Shown: one piece after another, positions 27,725 through 36,588 of the stretch
Layout of the letters: the number at the start of each line of letters is the position of its first letter
Position numbering within the stretch: position 1 is the first letter of the stretch
Source of the DNA: Clostridia bacterium
Lineage (GTDB): Bacteria; Bacillota; Clostridia; UMGS1883
Direction: 5' to 3'
DNA: 64,000 bases
Assembly: GCA_045594665.1 (NCBI GenBank)
Contig: JAZNYX010000062.1
Span: 15,951-79,950, forward strand
Made by a program: the position numbers and the translations under genes
The notes under the pieces: model-generated
What the model saw: the letters and a program-made list of their open reading frames with translations, nothing else
What the model was told of the DNA's origin: nothing
The model's database searches: none

Positions 27725-29650
27725 ATGCAATTTAAAGTACTTGGTTCCAGATACGAATTGCTTGAACAAATCGGCATGGGCGGTATGGCAGTCGTATATA
27801 AAGCTATGGATAAAATGCTTAACAGATATGTTGCAGTAAAGGTTCTTCGGGAAGAATTCAAGGAAAACGAAGAATTTATAAGAAGATTTAATGTGGAATC
27901 CCAGGCGGCGGCAAGTCTTTCACATCAGAACATCGTTCAGATTTACGATGTCGGTGAGGAGGACGGCCTTCATTACATAGTAATGGAGCTTTTGGAGGGC
28001 GAAACTCTGAAGCAGTACATCACCTCTAAAGGCGGTAAACTCACCGTCAGGGAGGCTACCAATTTCTCAATGCAGATATGCAGAGCATTGGAGCATGCCC
28101 ACTCAAAGCACGTTGTTCACAGGGATATTAAGCCCCAGAATATTATCATTACGGAAAGCGGAAAGCTTAAGGTTGCCGATTTCGGCATAGCGAGAGCCGC
28201 AAATAATTCCACTATGGTAAATGCAGGGAAAAACGCAATCGGAAGTGCACATTATCTCTCCCCCGAACAGGCAAGGGGCGGTTATACTGACCTTAGAAGC
28301 GACATTTATTCCCTGGGCGTGGTTATGTATGAAATGTTCACGGGTACTCTTCCCTTTGACGGAGAAGAAAGCATCAGCGTAGTTCTTCAGCATTTGCAGG
28401 AGGAGGCAACTCTTCCCTGCGAAGTAAATCCCGAACTTCCTGCAGGAATTGAGGCAATCATTGTACGCTGTATGAAAAAGGAACAGCGTCTTAGGTATAA
28501 TAATGCAACAGAGATTCTTCAGGACCTTGTGAAGGTATACCAAAACCCCTCAATTGCAATTTCACACCTTAATGCATACGACAGCGAGGGCATGGAGGAT
28601 ATTCCCAAACGCAGTCCCATACAAAAAAGGCGTGCTTCGGGGAAGGGTGGAAAAAACCGTAAAAGGACAGCAGGCAGAGGTCTTATGATAACAATTATTA
28701 TAGGCCTTGCCGCAGTAATAGCCCTTATGGTTTTGGGGATAAAGCTGCTTTTCCCACAGAGTGAGGAGGTTAAAATCCCCAACGTGGTGGGCATGAAGTA
28801 TGATGATGCACTACTTGCCGTAAGCGACGCCTCTACGGACAGCGTGGAATTTACATTGGTACAAAGCAGTGAAAAATGCTCCGACGAGCCTAAGGGGACG
28901 ATTATAAGTCAGGACCCCGAAGGAAACTTTAATGTGAAAAAATCCAGAGAAATCAAGGTTGTGGTCAGCAAAGGACCCGAAGCACTTGTTCTGGCGAGCT
29001 ATAAAAACAAGCACTATAAGAGCGTAAAGGAAAAGCTTGAGGACAAAGGACTTAAGGTAACCATTGAGGAGGAGGATAACGAAGATTATGACGAGGGAAT
29101 AATCTTTAAGCAGTTCCCCTCCGACGGAAAGACCATGGCAGAGGGCGAAGAGGTTATCCTCTATGTTTCCAAGGGTGCACAGCAAAAAATTGTCCCCGAT
29201 TTAGTGGGAAAAACCCGTGCAGAAGCACTTCTTGCCATTGAGGAAAAAGGACTTAAGGTAGGCTCTGTAAAGGAAGCCTCCAGTGAAAAATATCCCAAGG
29301 GACAGGTTTTCAAGCAAAGCATAGAAGCATATGAAACCGTTCCTGCAGGAACACAGATTGACCTTTATATTTCAACGGGAGAAAAGGCAGAAGCTGATGA
29401 CGAAACCGACAAGCCTCCCGTAAAACCCGATAAAACCCCAAAACCCAAGACTGTTTCCTTGAAGCTTACAAGCCTTCCCAAGGAAAAGCCCGTTACGGTC
29501 AAGCTGGTTTGTGACGGTGTTCCTATCTACGAAAGCGATATTACAACATCTACAGGCACACAGACCATTTCTTTCCAGATAGAAAAGACCTCCAGTCTCC
29601 TGATATATTATGACGGAGTTTATATCCGTCAGGAAGAGGTAAAATATTGA
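27725..29650 (+). CDS. prkC: Ser/Thr protein kinase with extracellular PASTA repeats
   Basis: Hanks kinase motifs (VAVK, HRDIKPQN, DFGIA, SPEQ), a TM helix and three PASTA-like repeats. Confidence 0.95.
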   Translation: MQFKVLGSRYELLEQIGMGGMAVVYKAMDKMLNRYVAVKVLREEFKENEEFIRRFNVESQAAASLSHQNIVQIYDVGEEDGLHYIVMELLEGETLKQYITSKGGKLTVREATNFSMQICRALEHAHSKHVVHRDIKPQNIIITESGKLKVADFGIARAANNSTMVNAGKNAIGSAHYLSPEQARGGYTDLRSDIYSLGVVMYEMFTGTLPFDGEESISVVLQHLQEEATLPCEVNPELPAGIEAIIVRCMKKEQRLRYNNATEILQDLVKVYQNPSIAISHLNAYDSEGMEDIPKRSPIQKRRASGKGGKNRKRTAGRGLMITIIIGLAAVIALMVLGIKLLFPQSEEVKIPNVVGMKYDDALLAVSDASTDSVEFTLVQSSEKCSDEPKGTIISQDPEGNFNVKKSREIKVVVSKGPEALVLASYKNKHYKSVKEKLEDKGLKVTIEEEDNEDYDEGIIFKQFPSDGKTMAEGEEVILYVSKGAQQKIVPDLVGKTRAEALLAIEEKGLKVGSVKEASSEKYPKGQVFKQSIEAYETVPAGTQIDLYISTGEKAEADDETDKPPVKPDKTPKPKTVSLKLTSLPKEKPVTVKLVCDGVPIYESDITTSTGTQTISFQIEKTSSLLIYYDGVYIRQEEVKY

Positions 29651-30534
29651 CAGATACAAAACTTTGCGGAACAATTATAAAAGGAATAGGCGGATTCTAC
29701 TACGTCAAAACAGAAAATGAAGTAATCGAGTGCCACGCACGGGGAAAATTCAGAAAGGATGAGCTTTCGCCCATTGTGGGCGACAAGGTTGAGATTTCCC
29801 TTAACGACGACCACACGGGACACATTGTGAAAATTTTTCCAAGAAAGAATTTTCTCATAAGACCGGGGGTTGCCAATGTAGATATACTACTGCTGGTTTC
29901 TGCGGCGAAATCCCCCCTTCCCGATTTTTCACTTCTCGACAAGCTTTTGGTGATTGCGGAGAGCAAGAATATCAAAGCCGTAATATGTCTTAACAAAACG
30001 GACCTTGCGGGCAGTGATGAGGCAGAGCAGTTTATATCCGTATACCAAAGAGCAAACTATCCCTGCATTTGTGCCAGTGCCAAAACAGGCGAGGGAGTAG
30101 ATGAAATCCGTGAGATAATAAAGGGAAAAACCGTTGCTTTTGCAGGGCTTTCGGGAGTAGGAAAATCCAGCCTGCTTAAAAGAATTACGGGGATAGACCT
30201 TAAAACAGGCGATGTAAGCAAGATTCAGAGGGGTAAGCACACCACACGCCATGTGGAGCTTATTTCTGCCTCCGACACCCTTGTATTTGATACTCCGGGA
30301 TTTTCAAGGCTTGATGCCGATGAGCTGAGAGCTACCGACCTGTGGCAGTATTTTCCCGAAATTTCCTCCCTGCACGGTGAATGTAGGTTTCGTACCTGTA
30401 ACCATATCGGAGAGAAAGGGTGTTGTGTAAAGGAAGCCGTAGACGGTGGAAGCATCGCACCAAGCAGATATGAAAATTATGTGGCTCTTTTTAACAAGCT
30501 TAAAGAAATAAAGGACTGGCAGAGAAAGGATTGA
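29647..30534 (+). CDS. rsgA: ribosome small-subunit-dependent GTPase A
   Basis: Circularly permuted GTPase (NKTDL then GLSGVGKSSL) with a C-terminal zinc motif CRFRTCNHIGEKGC. Confidence 0.9.
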   Translation: MTDTKLCGTIIKGIGGFYYVKTENEVIECHARGKFRKDELSPIVGDKVEISLNDDHTGHIVKIFPRKNFLIRPGVANVDILLLVSAAKSPLPDFSLLDKLLVIAESKNIKAVICLNKTDLAGSDEAEQFISVYQRANYPCICASAKTGEGVDEIREIIKGKTVAFAGLSGVGKSSLLKRITGIDLKTGDVSKIQRGKHTTRHVELISASDTLVFDTPGFSRLDADELRATDLWQYFPEISSLHGECRFRTCNHIGEKGCCVKEAVDGGSIAPSRYENYVALFNKLKEIKDWQRKD

Positions 30535-30539
30535 TACTG

Positions 30540-31202
30540 ATGATTAAAATAGCACCTTCGCTCCTTGCATCCGATTTCGGTGCACTTCGAAACGACGTTA
30601 TCGCTATAGAAAAAGCAGGTGCCGACTGGGCACATATTGACATTATGGACGGACATTTTGTCCCCAATCTGTCAATGGGACCTGATATTGTAAAGGCTAT
30701 CAGGAAGGACAGCGGTCTCTTTTTCGACTGCCACCTTATGGTAACTAACCCTAAAATGTTTGTAGAGCCTTTTGTAAAGGCAGGGGCAGAGCTTATTACT
30801 TTCCACGCTGAATGTGTTGAGGATATGGACTCGCTTATCGACTACATTCATTCATTCGGAGTAAAAGCGGCAGTCGCAATCAAGCCTGCCACAAGCGAGG
30901 AGGTTCTTTTCCCCGTTCTGCACAAGCTTGACATGGTGCTTGTAATGAGCGTTGTACCGGGCTTTGGCGGACAGAAGTTTATGAGCGAAGTCCTTGACAA
31001 GGTAAGAAATATCCGTTCTCACGAGCATGGAAAGGATATTGATATTCAGATGGACGGCGGAATAAATGCAGAAACTGCCGCACTTGCTGCCGAGGCAGGG
31101 GTAAATGTGCTGGTGGCAGGAAGTGCAGTATTTGCAAAAAAGCCCTACAGCGAAACAATTGCACTCATCCGCAAAAATGCCGAGGAAAAATATAATGGCT
31201 AA
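30540..31202 (+). CDS. rpe: ribulose-phosphate 3-epimerase
   Basis: IAPSLLASDF, HIDIMDGHFVPN and PGFGGQKF motifs. Confidence 0.95.
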   Translation: MIKIAPSLLASDFGALRNDVIAIEKAGADWAHIDIMDGHFVPNLSMGPDIVKAIRKDSGLFFDCHLMVTNPKMFVEPFVKAGAELITFHAECVEDMDSLIDYIHSFGVKAAVAIKPATSEEVLFPVLHKLDMVLVMSVVPGFGGQKFMSEVLDKVRNIRSHEHGKDIDIQMDGGINAETAALAAEAGVNVLVAGSAVFAKKPYSETIALIRKNAEEKYNG

Positions 31203-31722
31203 CAAAAAGGCAGCCCTTCGGAAAGAGCTTTTAGCTCTCAGGAGGGTTGCCTCTTGTGTAAATTTAGAAATAGATTCCCTTTACAAATACGAGGAATTTA
31301 TGAAATCAAGGGCGGTTTTCTGCTACGTTTCAGCCAAAGGAGAAGTGGGAACGCACGCCTTAATTAAAGAGCTTTTAAAAGAAAAAGAAGTGGTCGTTCC
31401 TTATTGCACCGATAAAGAGGGCAATATGATTTGCGTAAAAATAAATTCCTTTGACGAGCTGAAAGAAGGCTTTTTCGGTATATTGGAGCCTGAAAAGCCT
31501 GTGGAATTTCCGAAAGAAAAAGTTGATTTTGCCATAGTTCCGGGGATTGCCTTTGACTGCGAGGGCTACCGCCTCGGCTACGGAAAGGGGTACTATGACC
31601 GCTTTTTAAGCGATATTACTCCCTATAAATTAGGCGTGTGTTCAAAGGAATTTTATCTTGAAAGCGTTCCTCACGATGAATATGATGTAAAAATGGATGA
31701 TGTATTGGTGTTGGGAAAGTAG
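31195..31722 (+). CDS. 5-formyltetrahydrofolate cyclo-ligase
   Basis: VPGIAFDCEGYRLGYGKGYYDRFL motif. ATG at 31195 overlaps the rpe end by 8 nt. Confidence 0.85.
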   Translation: MANKKAALRKELLALRRVASCVNLEIDSLYKYEEFMKSRAVFCYVSAKGEVGTHALIKELLKEKEVVVPYCTDKEGNMICVKINSFDELKEGFFGILEPEKPVEFPKEKVDFAIVPGIAFDCEGYRLGYGKGYYDRFLSDITPYKLGVCSKEFYLESVPHDEYDVKMDDVLVLGK

Positions 31723-31728
31723 TACTGA

Positions 31729-31752
31729 GCGAAGCAAAAAAACCTCGGATTA
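31729..31752. repeat. direct repeat copy 1 (terminator arm GCGAAGCAAAAAAACCTCGGATTA)
   Basis: Matches 32381-32407 apart from a 3-nt indel (AAT). Flanks four-helix cassette 1. Confidence 0.75.
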
Positions 31753-31780
31753 TGAGTTGTACTCTAAAGGACAGTAAGAA

Positions 31781-31802
31781 GGGGCTGTAGCGGTACAGCC
31801 CC
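31781..31802 (-). terminator. stem-loop after four-helix-bundle gene 1
   Basis: GGGGCTGTA-N4-TACAGCCCC, 8 nt downstream of the stop. The U-tract is weak. Confidence 0.45.
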
Positions 31803-31809
31803 TCAAGTG

Positions 31810-32166
31810 TTATTTGGATTTAACTGTTTTTAGTGATGAGATCAGCATTCTGCGAATGGCACCACATTCATTTTGTGTCTTCTTATATTTATCTTCTTTG
31901 ATACAATCTGTTTCAAAAAGCAATTCTAACCAATATTCTGTTTCATAACATTCTTTTTGTGCTATCTCAAGTTTTGATATAAAATCATTTTTGCTTTGGG
32001 CATATTGTGCTTCGTGAATATTCGCACCTATAGAAGTAGCGGAACGAAGTAATTGATTTGCTAAAACAGCCTCCTTATGACTTGCTTTAATTTCTCGGCA
32101 CAGAAAAATTACATCTTTAGCAAATTGTTTTGATTTATCTCTTAAAACGCTGTCTGCCACTTGCAT
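31810..32166 (-). CDS. four-helix-bundle protein (23S rRNA intervening-sequence protein family)
   Basis: LLRSATSIGANIHEAQYAQSKNDFISKLEIAQKECYETEYWLELL is the family signature. ATG at 32166 has AGAGGTG upstream; the track start at 32253 runs into the repeat array. Confidence 0.85.
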   Translation of the reverse strand: MQVADSVLRDKSKQFAKDVIFLCREIKASHKEAVLANQLLRSATSIGANIHEAQYAQSKNDFISKLEIAQKECYETEYWLELLFETDCIKEDKYKKTQNECGAIRRMLISSLKTVKSK

Positions 32167-32179
32167 CACCTCTATAAAT

Positions 32180-32208
32180 ATTATACTGCAATACCGGCAG
32201 TTTTTCAA
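32180..32208 (-). promoter_or_regulatory. candidate promoter TTGAAA-N17-TATAAT for four-helix gene 1
   Basis: Minus-strand TTGAAA (32208-32203) and TATAAT (32185-32180). Same hexamers as the paralogue promoter at 51152-51179, with N17 here versus N16 there. Confidence 0.5.
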
Positions 32209-32216
32209 GTGATATT

Positions 32217-32370
32217 CTGTACTCCGTACAGAGTGGTATTTTTGATGAATCAAAAGTGGTATTAAAACCTACGGTTTTAGTGGTATTTTATTCGCCCATA
32301 AACTGCCGCAGGCAATACCACTTGCACAGCAAATACCACTGCGAAGCAATACCACTCGCCTTACAGGCGA
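32217..32370 (-). repeat. motif/hairpin array: 3 x GTGGTATT then 3 x AATACCAC, with palindromic mini-hairpins as most spacers
   Basis: GTGGTATT at 32233, 32256, 32280 and AATACCAC at 32314, 32332, 32348. Mini-palindromes: CTGTAC-TCC-GTACAG, TTTGAT-GA-ATCAAA, AAAACC-TAC-GGTTTT, TGCC-GCA-GGCA, TTGC-ACA-GCAA, TGC-GAA-GCA, TCGCC-TTACA-GGCGA. The central 26-nt spacer is only partly palindromic. Confidence 0.8.
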
Positions 32371-32375
32371 ATAAA

Positions 32376-32433
32376 ACTTAGCGAAGCAATAAAAAAACCT
32401 CGGATTAACCGAGGTTTTTTATTGCTTCGCTAA
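32376..32433. terminator. 27-bp perfect hairpin; the right arm is the last 27 nt of the TSCPD gene region
   Basis: CTTAGCGAAGCAATAAAAAAACCTCGG-ATTA-ACCGAGGTTTTTTATTGCTTCGCTAAG. The left arm plus loop form direct repeat copy 2 (32381-32407). Confidence 0.7.
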
Positions 32434-32662
32434 GTGCCCTTGCAACCTGATCGGGACAGCTGGTGCCTCTGCCGTTACAGTCGATACCTTTCATCCTTTC
32501 GATTGCGTCCTGAGCCTTCATTCCTTTAAGGAGCATGGCAATTCCGCTTGTATTGCCGCTGCAGCCCCCTACAATTCTTATATCGTTTATCGTCCCGTCG
32601 GGGGCAAGGTCAATAACGGTTTTCCTTGAACAAACCCCTCGGTTTATGTGTTCGCTTATCAT
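32405..32662 (-). CDS. TSCPD-domain protein (TIGR03905-like)
   Basis: 85 aa with GGCSGNTSGIAMLLKGM and GTSCPDQ motifs. Confidence 0.75.
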   Translation of the reverse strand: MISEHINRGVCSRKTVIDLAPDGTINDIRIVGGCSGNTSGIAMLLKGMKAQDAIERMKGIDCNGRGTSCPDQVARALSEAIKNLG

Positions 32663-32664
32663 AA

Positions 32665-33039
32665 TTATTTCTTCGCTTTCTTTATTTCCTCTACTTCGTT
32701 TTCAATGCCGTCCACGTAAATATTTACAATTACGTTTTCGATTCCTGCGTATTCCTCAACTGCATTTTTTACTACCTTCTGAATTTCGGGAGCAATTTCA
32801 TTAATCTTTATACCGAATTTCACGGTTACATGTACATCAATGATTGTGCCTTCTTCCGTAACCTCTACCTTAACACCCTTAGAAGGAGCTTTTTTTCCCA
32901 AAAGGTCACCGATTGCAATAGCGGGGCCAAGACCTGCCACACCCTCAATCTCACGTGCGGCAATAGCACTGATACGCATTATAACCTCGGGAGAAATTTT
33001 TATATTGCCATTTTCTGTGACTACCATATTTTCAGCCAT
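32665..33039 (-). CDS. Asp23/Gls24 family envelope stress protein
   Basis: ISPEVIMRISAIAAREIEGVAG pattern, about 124 aa. Confidence 0.9.
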   Translation of the reverse strand: MAENMVVTENGNIKISPEVIMRISAIAAREIEGVAGLGPAIAIGDLLGKKAPSKGVKVEVTEEGTIIDVHVTVKFGIKINEIAPEIQKVVKNAVEEYAGIENVIVNIYVDGIENEVEEIKKAKK

Positions 33040-33108
33040 AAATAATCCTTCCTTTCATACGTGGTATCCTTATTTTATCACTATTGTAAAAAATAATCAA
33101 GTCTTTTC

Positions 33109-33621
33109 CTAATTCATTTCCATGATTTTAATTTTTTCCTGGACTATTCCGCTTTGCTCCGTGACAACCTCGGAAATAACTGCGGCGGCAGTACTGTCCA
33201 GAACCTGTGTTTTTACCACGACGTTTGCCATATCGTTATTTATGTAGCAGACTGCATCTTCAAAGCCCTTTACCCGAAGAATATTTTCTATGGCACTTTC
33301 CGTTTCGGTGTTCTGTGCAAGCCGAAGAACACCCTGCTGGGCGTTTGCCTTTGCCGCCTCGTCTGCGTTTTCATTCATTATTATTGAATTAAAGGTTTCT
33401 ATGCTTCGGCTTCGTCCCGCTTCACGGTCTATTCTCGCTCTGGCGAAAAAATCCTCGCTGCTTTCATTGATGCTGTCGGAATCCACAAGCTGTGCCTCTC
33501 CCATATAACCGCCCGAGGTTTCGCTTACGGGATTCTTCCCTGCATTAAGATACCCTGCTGTTCCTATCACAATAGCCAAAGCCGCAACTACAAGCTGTTT
33601 TTTCTTAACAACCATCATCAT
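33109..33621 (-). CDS. spoIIIAH: stage III sporulation protein AH
   Basis: N-terminal TM helix plus a SpoIIIAH-like C-terminus. Last gene of the spoIIIA operon. Confidence 0.75.
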   Translation of the reverse strand: MMMVVKKKQLVVAALAIVIGTAGYLNAGKNPVSETSGGYMGEAQLVDSDSINESSEDFFARARIDREAGRSRSIETFNSIIMNENADEAAKANAQQGVLRLAQNTETESAIENILRVKGFEDAVCYINNDMANVVVKTQVLDSTAAAVISEVVTEQSGIVQEKIKIMEMN

Positions 33622-33624
33622 TTT

Positions 33625-34053
33625 TTACACAATCCTTTCAAGCACTTCAATTTTGTGGGCATCCACTCCCAAAGCGGCCTTTGTCGCGCGGATAATTTTT
33701 TCACGCACTGCCGCATCTTTGCCTCCCTCGGCAACTACCAGCACTCCGTCTATAACGGTTTTATACTCCTTGTCAGAGGAGGAAAACACGCTTTGCTCCT
33801 TTTTTGGAGTCATCTCACTTTGGCAAAGCATTACACTGACTTCTCCCACGCCGTCAATTTCCGAAAGAATCTGCCTGAGATTTTCCTCTGCGGCATTTTC
33901 GCTTGCCGCATGGGGCAATGCTTTATTATCCGTATCGCTGTGTAAAAAACCGTTTCCGCCTGCAAGCATTAGTATTCCCACTGCTAATACTATATATATT
34001 AATGCACTTGCCTTTTTATCCCCGAAAATTTTGTCAATTTTTTTCATATACAA
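33625..34053 (-). CDS. spoIIIAG: stage III sporulation protein AG
   Basis: TM helix and a C-terminal VLVVAEGGKDAAVREKI..ALGVDAHKIEV motif, in the expected operon position. Confidence 0.75.
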   Translation of the reverse strand: MYMKKIDKIFGDKKASALIYIVLAVGILMLAGGNGFLHSDTDNKALPHAASENAAEENLRQILSEIDGVGEVSVMLCQSEMTPKKEQSVFSSSDKEYKTVIDGVLVVAEGGKDAAVREKIIRATKAALGVDAHKIEVLERIV

Positions 34054-34477
34054 TACTTATCCTTTCTCTGGGAAAATTGAGTTCGTTTACAATATAGGTG
34101 ATTGCACGGCTTTCATCGCCGCGAATATACAGCGTTACCTTTTTAATATTTCCCTCTATGTCGGTTTCTACCTGTGCCTTTGAGGAATGTACAAAATTTT
34201 CCTCAATCAGCCTCCGTAGATTTTCCCTGTGGTTTTCCATAACCTGCTGACGGTACCTTTCCTCCGCCTCCTCCATTCTCTTTTCATCAAAGGTATATGC
34301 AGGCGAGGAAAAGGAAAACTCCGATACGTTTTTCGGAACAATGGCTATTGCCGCAGTTATCAGCATGAAGCCCATTGCCAGCGAGGCAAACTTTTTTATG
34401 CCTCCTTCGGGAATTAACATGTTTGAAAGGGCAATCATCATCATTATTGTCCCTAAATTTTTCATATACTCACGCAT
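34034..34477 (-). CDS. spoIIIAF: stage III sporulation protein AF
   Basis: Two N-terminal TM helices, expected size and operon position. Confidence 0.7.
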   Translation of the reverse strand: MREYMKNLGTIMMMIALSNMLIPEGGIKKFASLAMGFMLITAAIAIVPKNVSEFSFSSPAYTFDEKRMEEAEERYRQQVMENHRENLRRLIEENFVHSSKAQVETDIEGNIKKVTLYIRGDESRAITYIVNELNFPRERISIVYEKN

Positions 34478-34489
34478 AATTTTGCTCTC

Positions 34490-35521
34490 CTACAAAATAG
34501 AAGCTATTGCTATTATCATAATCGTTCCCATACATGCTATGGAGGAAAACAGCATATCGATGCATTCCCCCAGTTTTTTCAGCACTCCCGTAATCCGTTT
34601 TTCGCTTATGGGGGCAGTAAATGCCGCTGTCAGCCTGAGCGACAGGGAAAGTGCCCATAATTTAAGCAGAGGCAGTGCAAATATGCCGAAAAGGAGGATT
34701 ACGCCCCCCAGTCCCACTGCATTTTTAAGAAGCATTGCACTTCCTGCCACAGAGCTCATTGCCTCCGAAATAGAGCCGCCTACAACGGGGACAGAGGCAC
34801 TTATGGCAAATTTCACCCCTCTTGCGGCAAGATTGTCAAAGCTTGCCGCGGCAAAGGAGCTTATCCCTAAAATTCCTGCAAATAATGACATGGAAAAGGA
34901 AAGCAATGTTTTATGCACCTTTGAAAACAGTCCTGCAAATTCCTCCAATGCTTCATTTCCCGTGACCGAGCACAAGAGACTGCAAACGGCTCGCAGTAGC
35001 ACAAGGGGCGTAATTATATTTCTAATCAGGCTTCCTGCAGCACTGCATATAAAAAATATGACGGGGTGGGAAAGCGTTGCCGCAAGAGGCTCTCCCCCCG
35101 ACACGCACAAAAGTGACATTGACGGAAGGATACTGTGTACAAGCAGGGTAATATCTTTAAGGGTCTCGCTTACAAAGCTTCCTGCATTTTCAAATATTGT
35201 TGCGGCAACGGTTGCTATATAAACAAAGATTGCAAAGCCTGTCGCCTCGCTTAAGGAATTTTTTCCGAAGCTTCGGTGAAGATTATTTATAAAAGAGCAT
35301 AGAAGAATCAAGGCGGCAATGCCTCCCACTAACGAAAAAGCCGTTTTAAGCTCTCCGAAAAACAGTCCTGTGAGGGTATTTATTAATCCCCCTGATTTAA
35401 GAGAGAACTTTCCGTCCGCAATGTCCGTTACTATTTCTTCAAAGCTTAAATCACCGAAAATCTTTTCAATATTTTCCGTCCCTGAAGGAGTGAGGGTGGG
35501 GGTTGGTATGTTTTTTGTCAT
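34490..35521 (-). CDS. spoIIIAE: stage III sporulation protein AE
   Basis: Polytopic membrane protein in the expected position. Confidence 0.85.
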   Translation of the reverse strand: MTKNIPTPTLTPSGTENIEKIFGDLSFEEIVTDIADGKFSLKSGGLINTLTGLFFGELKTAFSLVGGIAALILLCSFINNLHRSFGKNSLSEATGFAIFVYIATVAATIFENAGSFVSETLKDITLLVHSILPSMSLLCVSGGEPLAATLSHPVIFFICSAAGSLIRNIITPLVLLRAVCSLLCSVTGNEALEEFAGLFSKVHKTLLSFSMSLFAGILGISSFAAASFDNLAARGVKFAISASVPVVGGSISEAMSSVAGSAMLLKNAVGLGGVILLFGIFALPLLKLWALSLSLRLTAAFTAPISEKRITGVLKKLGECIDMLFSSIACMGTIMIIAIASIL

Positions 35522-35904
35522 GTCAGTATTTCCATAATCTTAAAAAATGCCTCCTTTGCTATAGGGAGAGTAACGGCGGCAATTGCGATCTTTCCTGCGC
35601 CCAATACCCTTGCACCCATTGCCTTTTCCCCATTTTCCTCGCAAAGCTCTCTTCCTATCTGGGTAATATACGCAATTCCCGTAATTTTAAGAATGGGCTT
35701 TATGTATCTTTCCCCCATGGAACTGTAGGCTGCAAGCTCTTTTACCGCATCTACAATTTTTATTGCATAGGGTATAACTGCCGCCATGATAACAATAGCC
35801 GCCGCAATTGAAACCATATGTCCCGTTTCGCTTTTTATTCCTTTGACAATCAGTGCCAGAAGCGACATACATATTGCCGCTCCCACAATCTGGGTTATAT
35901 TCAT
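35518..35904 (-). CDS. spoIIIAD: stage III sporulation protein AD
   Basis: 128-aa membrane protein, 4-nt overlaps with its neighbours, characteristic sequence. Confidence 0.85.
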   Translation of the reverse strand: MNITQIVGAAICMSLLALIVKGIKSETGHMVSIAAAIVIMAAVIPYAIKIVDAVKELAAYSSMGERYIKPILKITGIAYITQIGRELCEENGEKAMGARVLGAGKIAIAAVTLPIAKEAFFKIMEILT

Positions 35905-36095
35905 AGCTCAAACACCGTCTTTACAGTTTCAAAAAGCTGTGCAATTTTTGTTACAAGCATCATCAGAACTATTACAAGCCCTGCTATGGTTATCATAAGA
36001 GCCTGTTCATCTCTGCCGCTTTTGGAAAGGAGTATATTCATAACGGCAACAATAATGCCTATCCCTGCAATTTGAAAAATCAACTGAACTTCCAT
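35901..36095 (-). CDS. spoIIIAC: stage III sporulation protein AC
   Basis: 64-aa two-TM protein (IAGIGIIVAVMNILLSKSGRDEQA). Confidence 0.85.
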   Translation of the reverse strand: MEVQLIFQIAGIGIIVAVMNILLSKSGRDEQALMITIAGLVIVLMMLVTKIAQLFETVKTVFEL

Positions 36096-36108
36096 AAAAT
36101 TCTCCTTA

Positions 36109-36588
36109 TTATATCATAAGCAATACTACTGCCGCCGCGGTAAGGATACTCCCTTTTATGAAAAGAGTGCCTTTTGTTTTAAGCTCCTTTTGTGCATGGT
36201 CAACACACCTGTCCATTTCCGATATAAACATCTCCACGTTGGCAAGCTGTCCCTTGCAGTCCTCTGCCCCAAGCCCCTCGGCAAATCTTTGTATACACTC
36301 CCTGTCCCTCTCATTTAAATGTCGACTCCCACGACAAGCCTCTTTCACTGCCTCCATGGGGAGCTGACCTTTTCGGATATATGATGCGGCAATTTCAAAA
36401 AACTCTCCCGAAGACAGGAAAGCTTCATAAAGAGGCATACACATACACCTTAGGTTATCACGGATTTTTATGCCTCCGTCCCTTACCCCCGACAACACCC
36501 TTTTACGCTTATACAGCTCCTGGTATTTGCTCATTCCCATATATGTTGCACAAAGAAAAATTAAAGCACTTCCGATTAATTTAAGCAC
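36109..36588 (-). CDS. spoIIIAB: stage III sporulation protein AB
   Basis: Terminal TM helices, a soluble helical core, and the expected operon position. Confidence 0.8.
   Translation of the reverse strand: MLKLIGSALIFLCATYMGMSKYQELYKRKRVLSGVRDGGIKIRDNLRCMCMPLYEAFLSSGEFFEIAASYIRKGQLPMEAVKEACRGSRHLNERDRECIQRFAEGLGAEDCKGQLANVEMFISEMDRCVDHAQKELKTKGTLFIKGSILTAAAVVLLMI

Noticed and set aside
32217-32370. Possibility that the motif arrays (also 50984-51150) are CRISPR arrays
   Set aside because: The repeats are only 8-9 nt and switch orientation mid-array. The spacers are 9-26 nt and mostly self-complementary. No cas genes are present.
34341-35222. 293-aa plus-strand ORF antisense to spoIIIAE/AF
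   Set aside because: It is a shadow ORF opposite a well-supported membrane gene within a tightly packed operon. It has no RBS and no motif.
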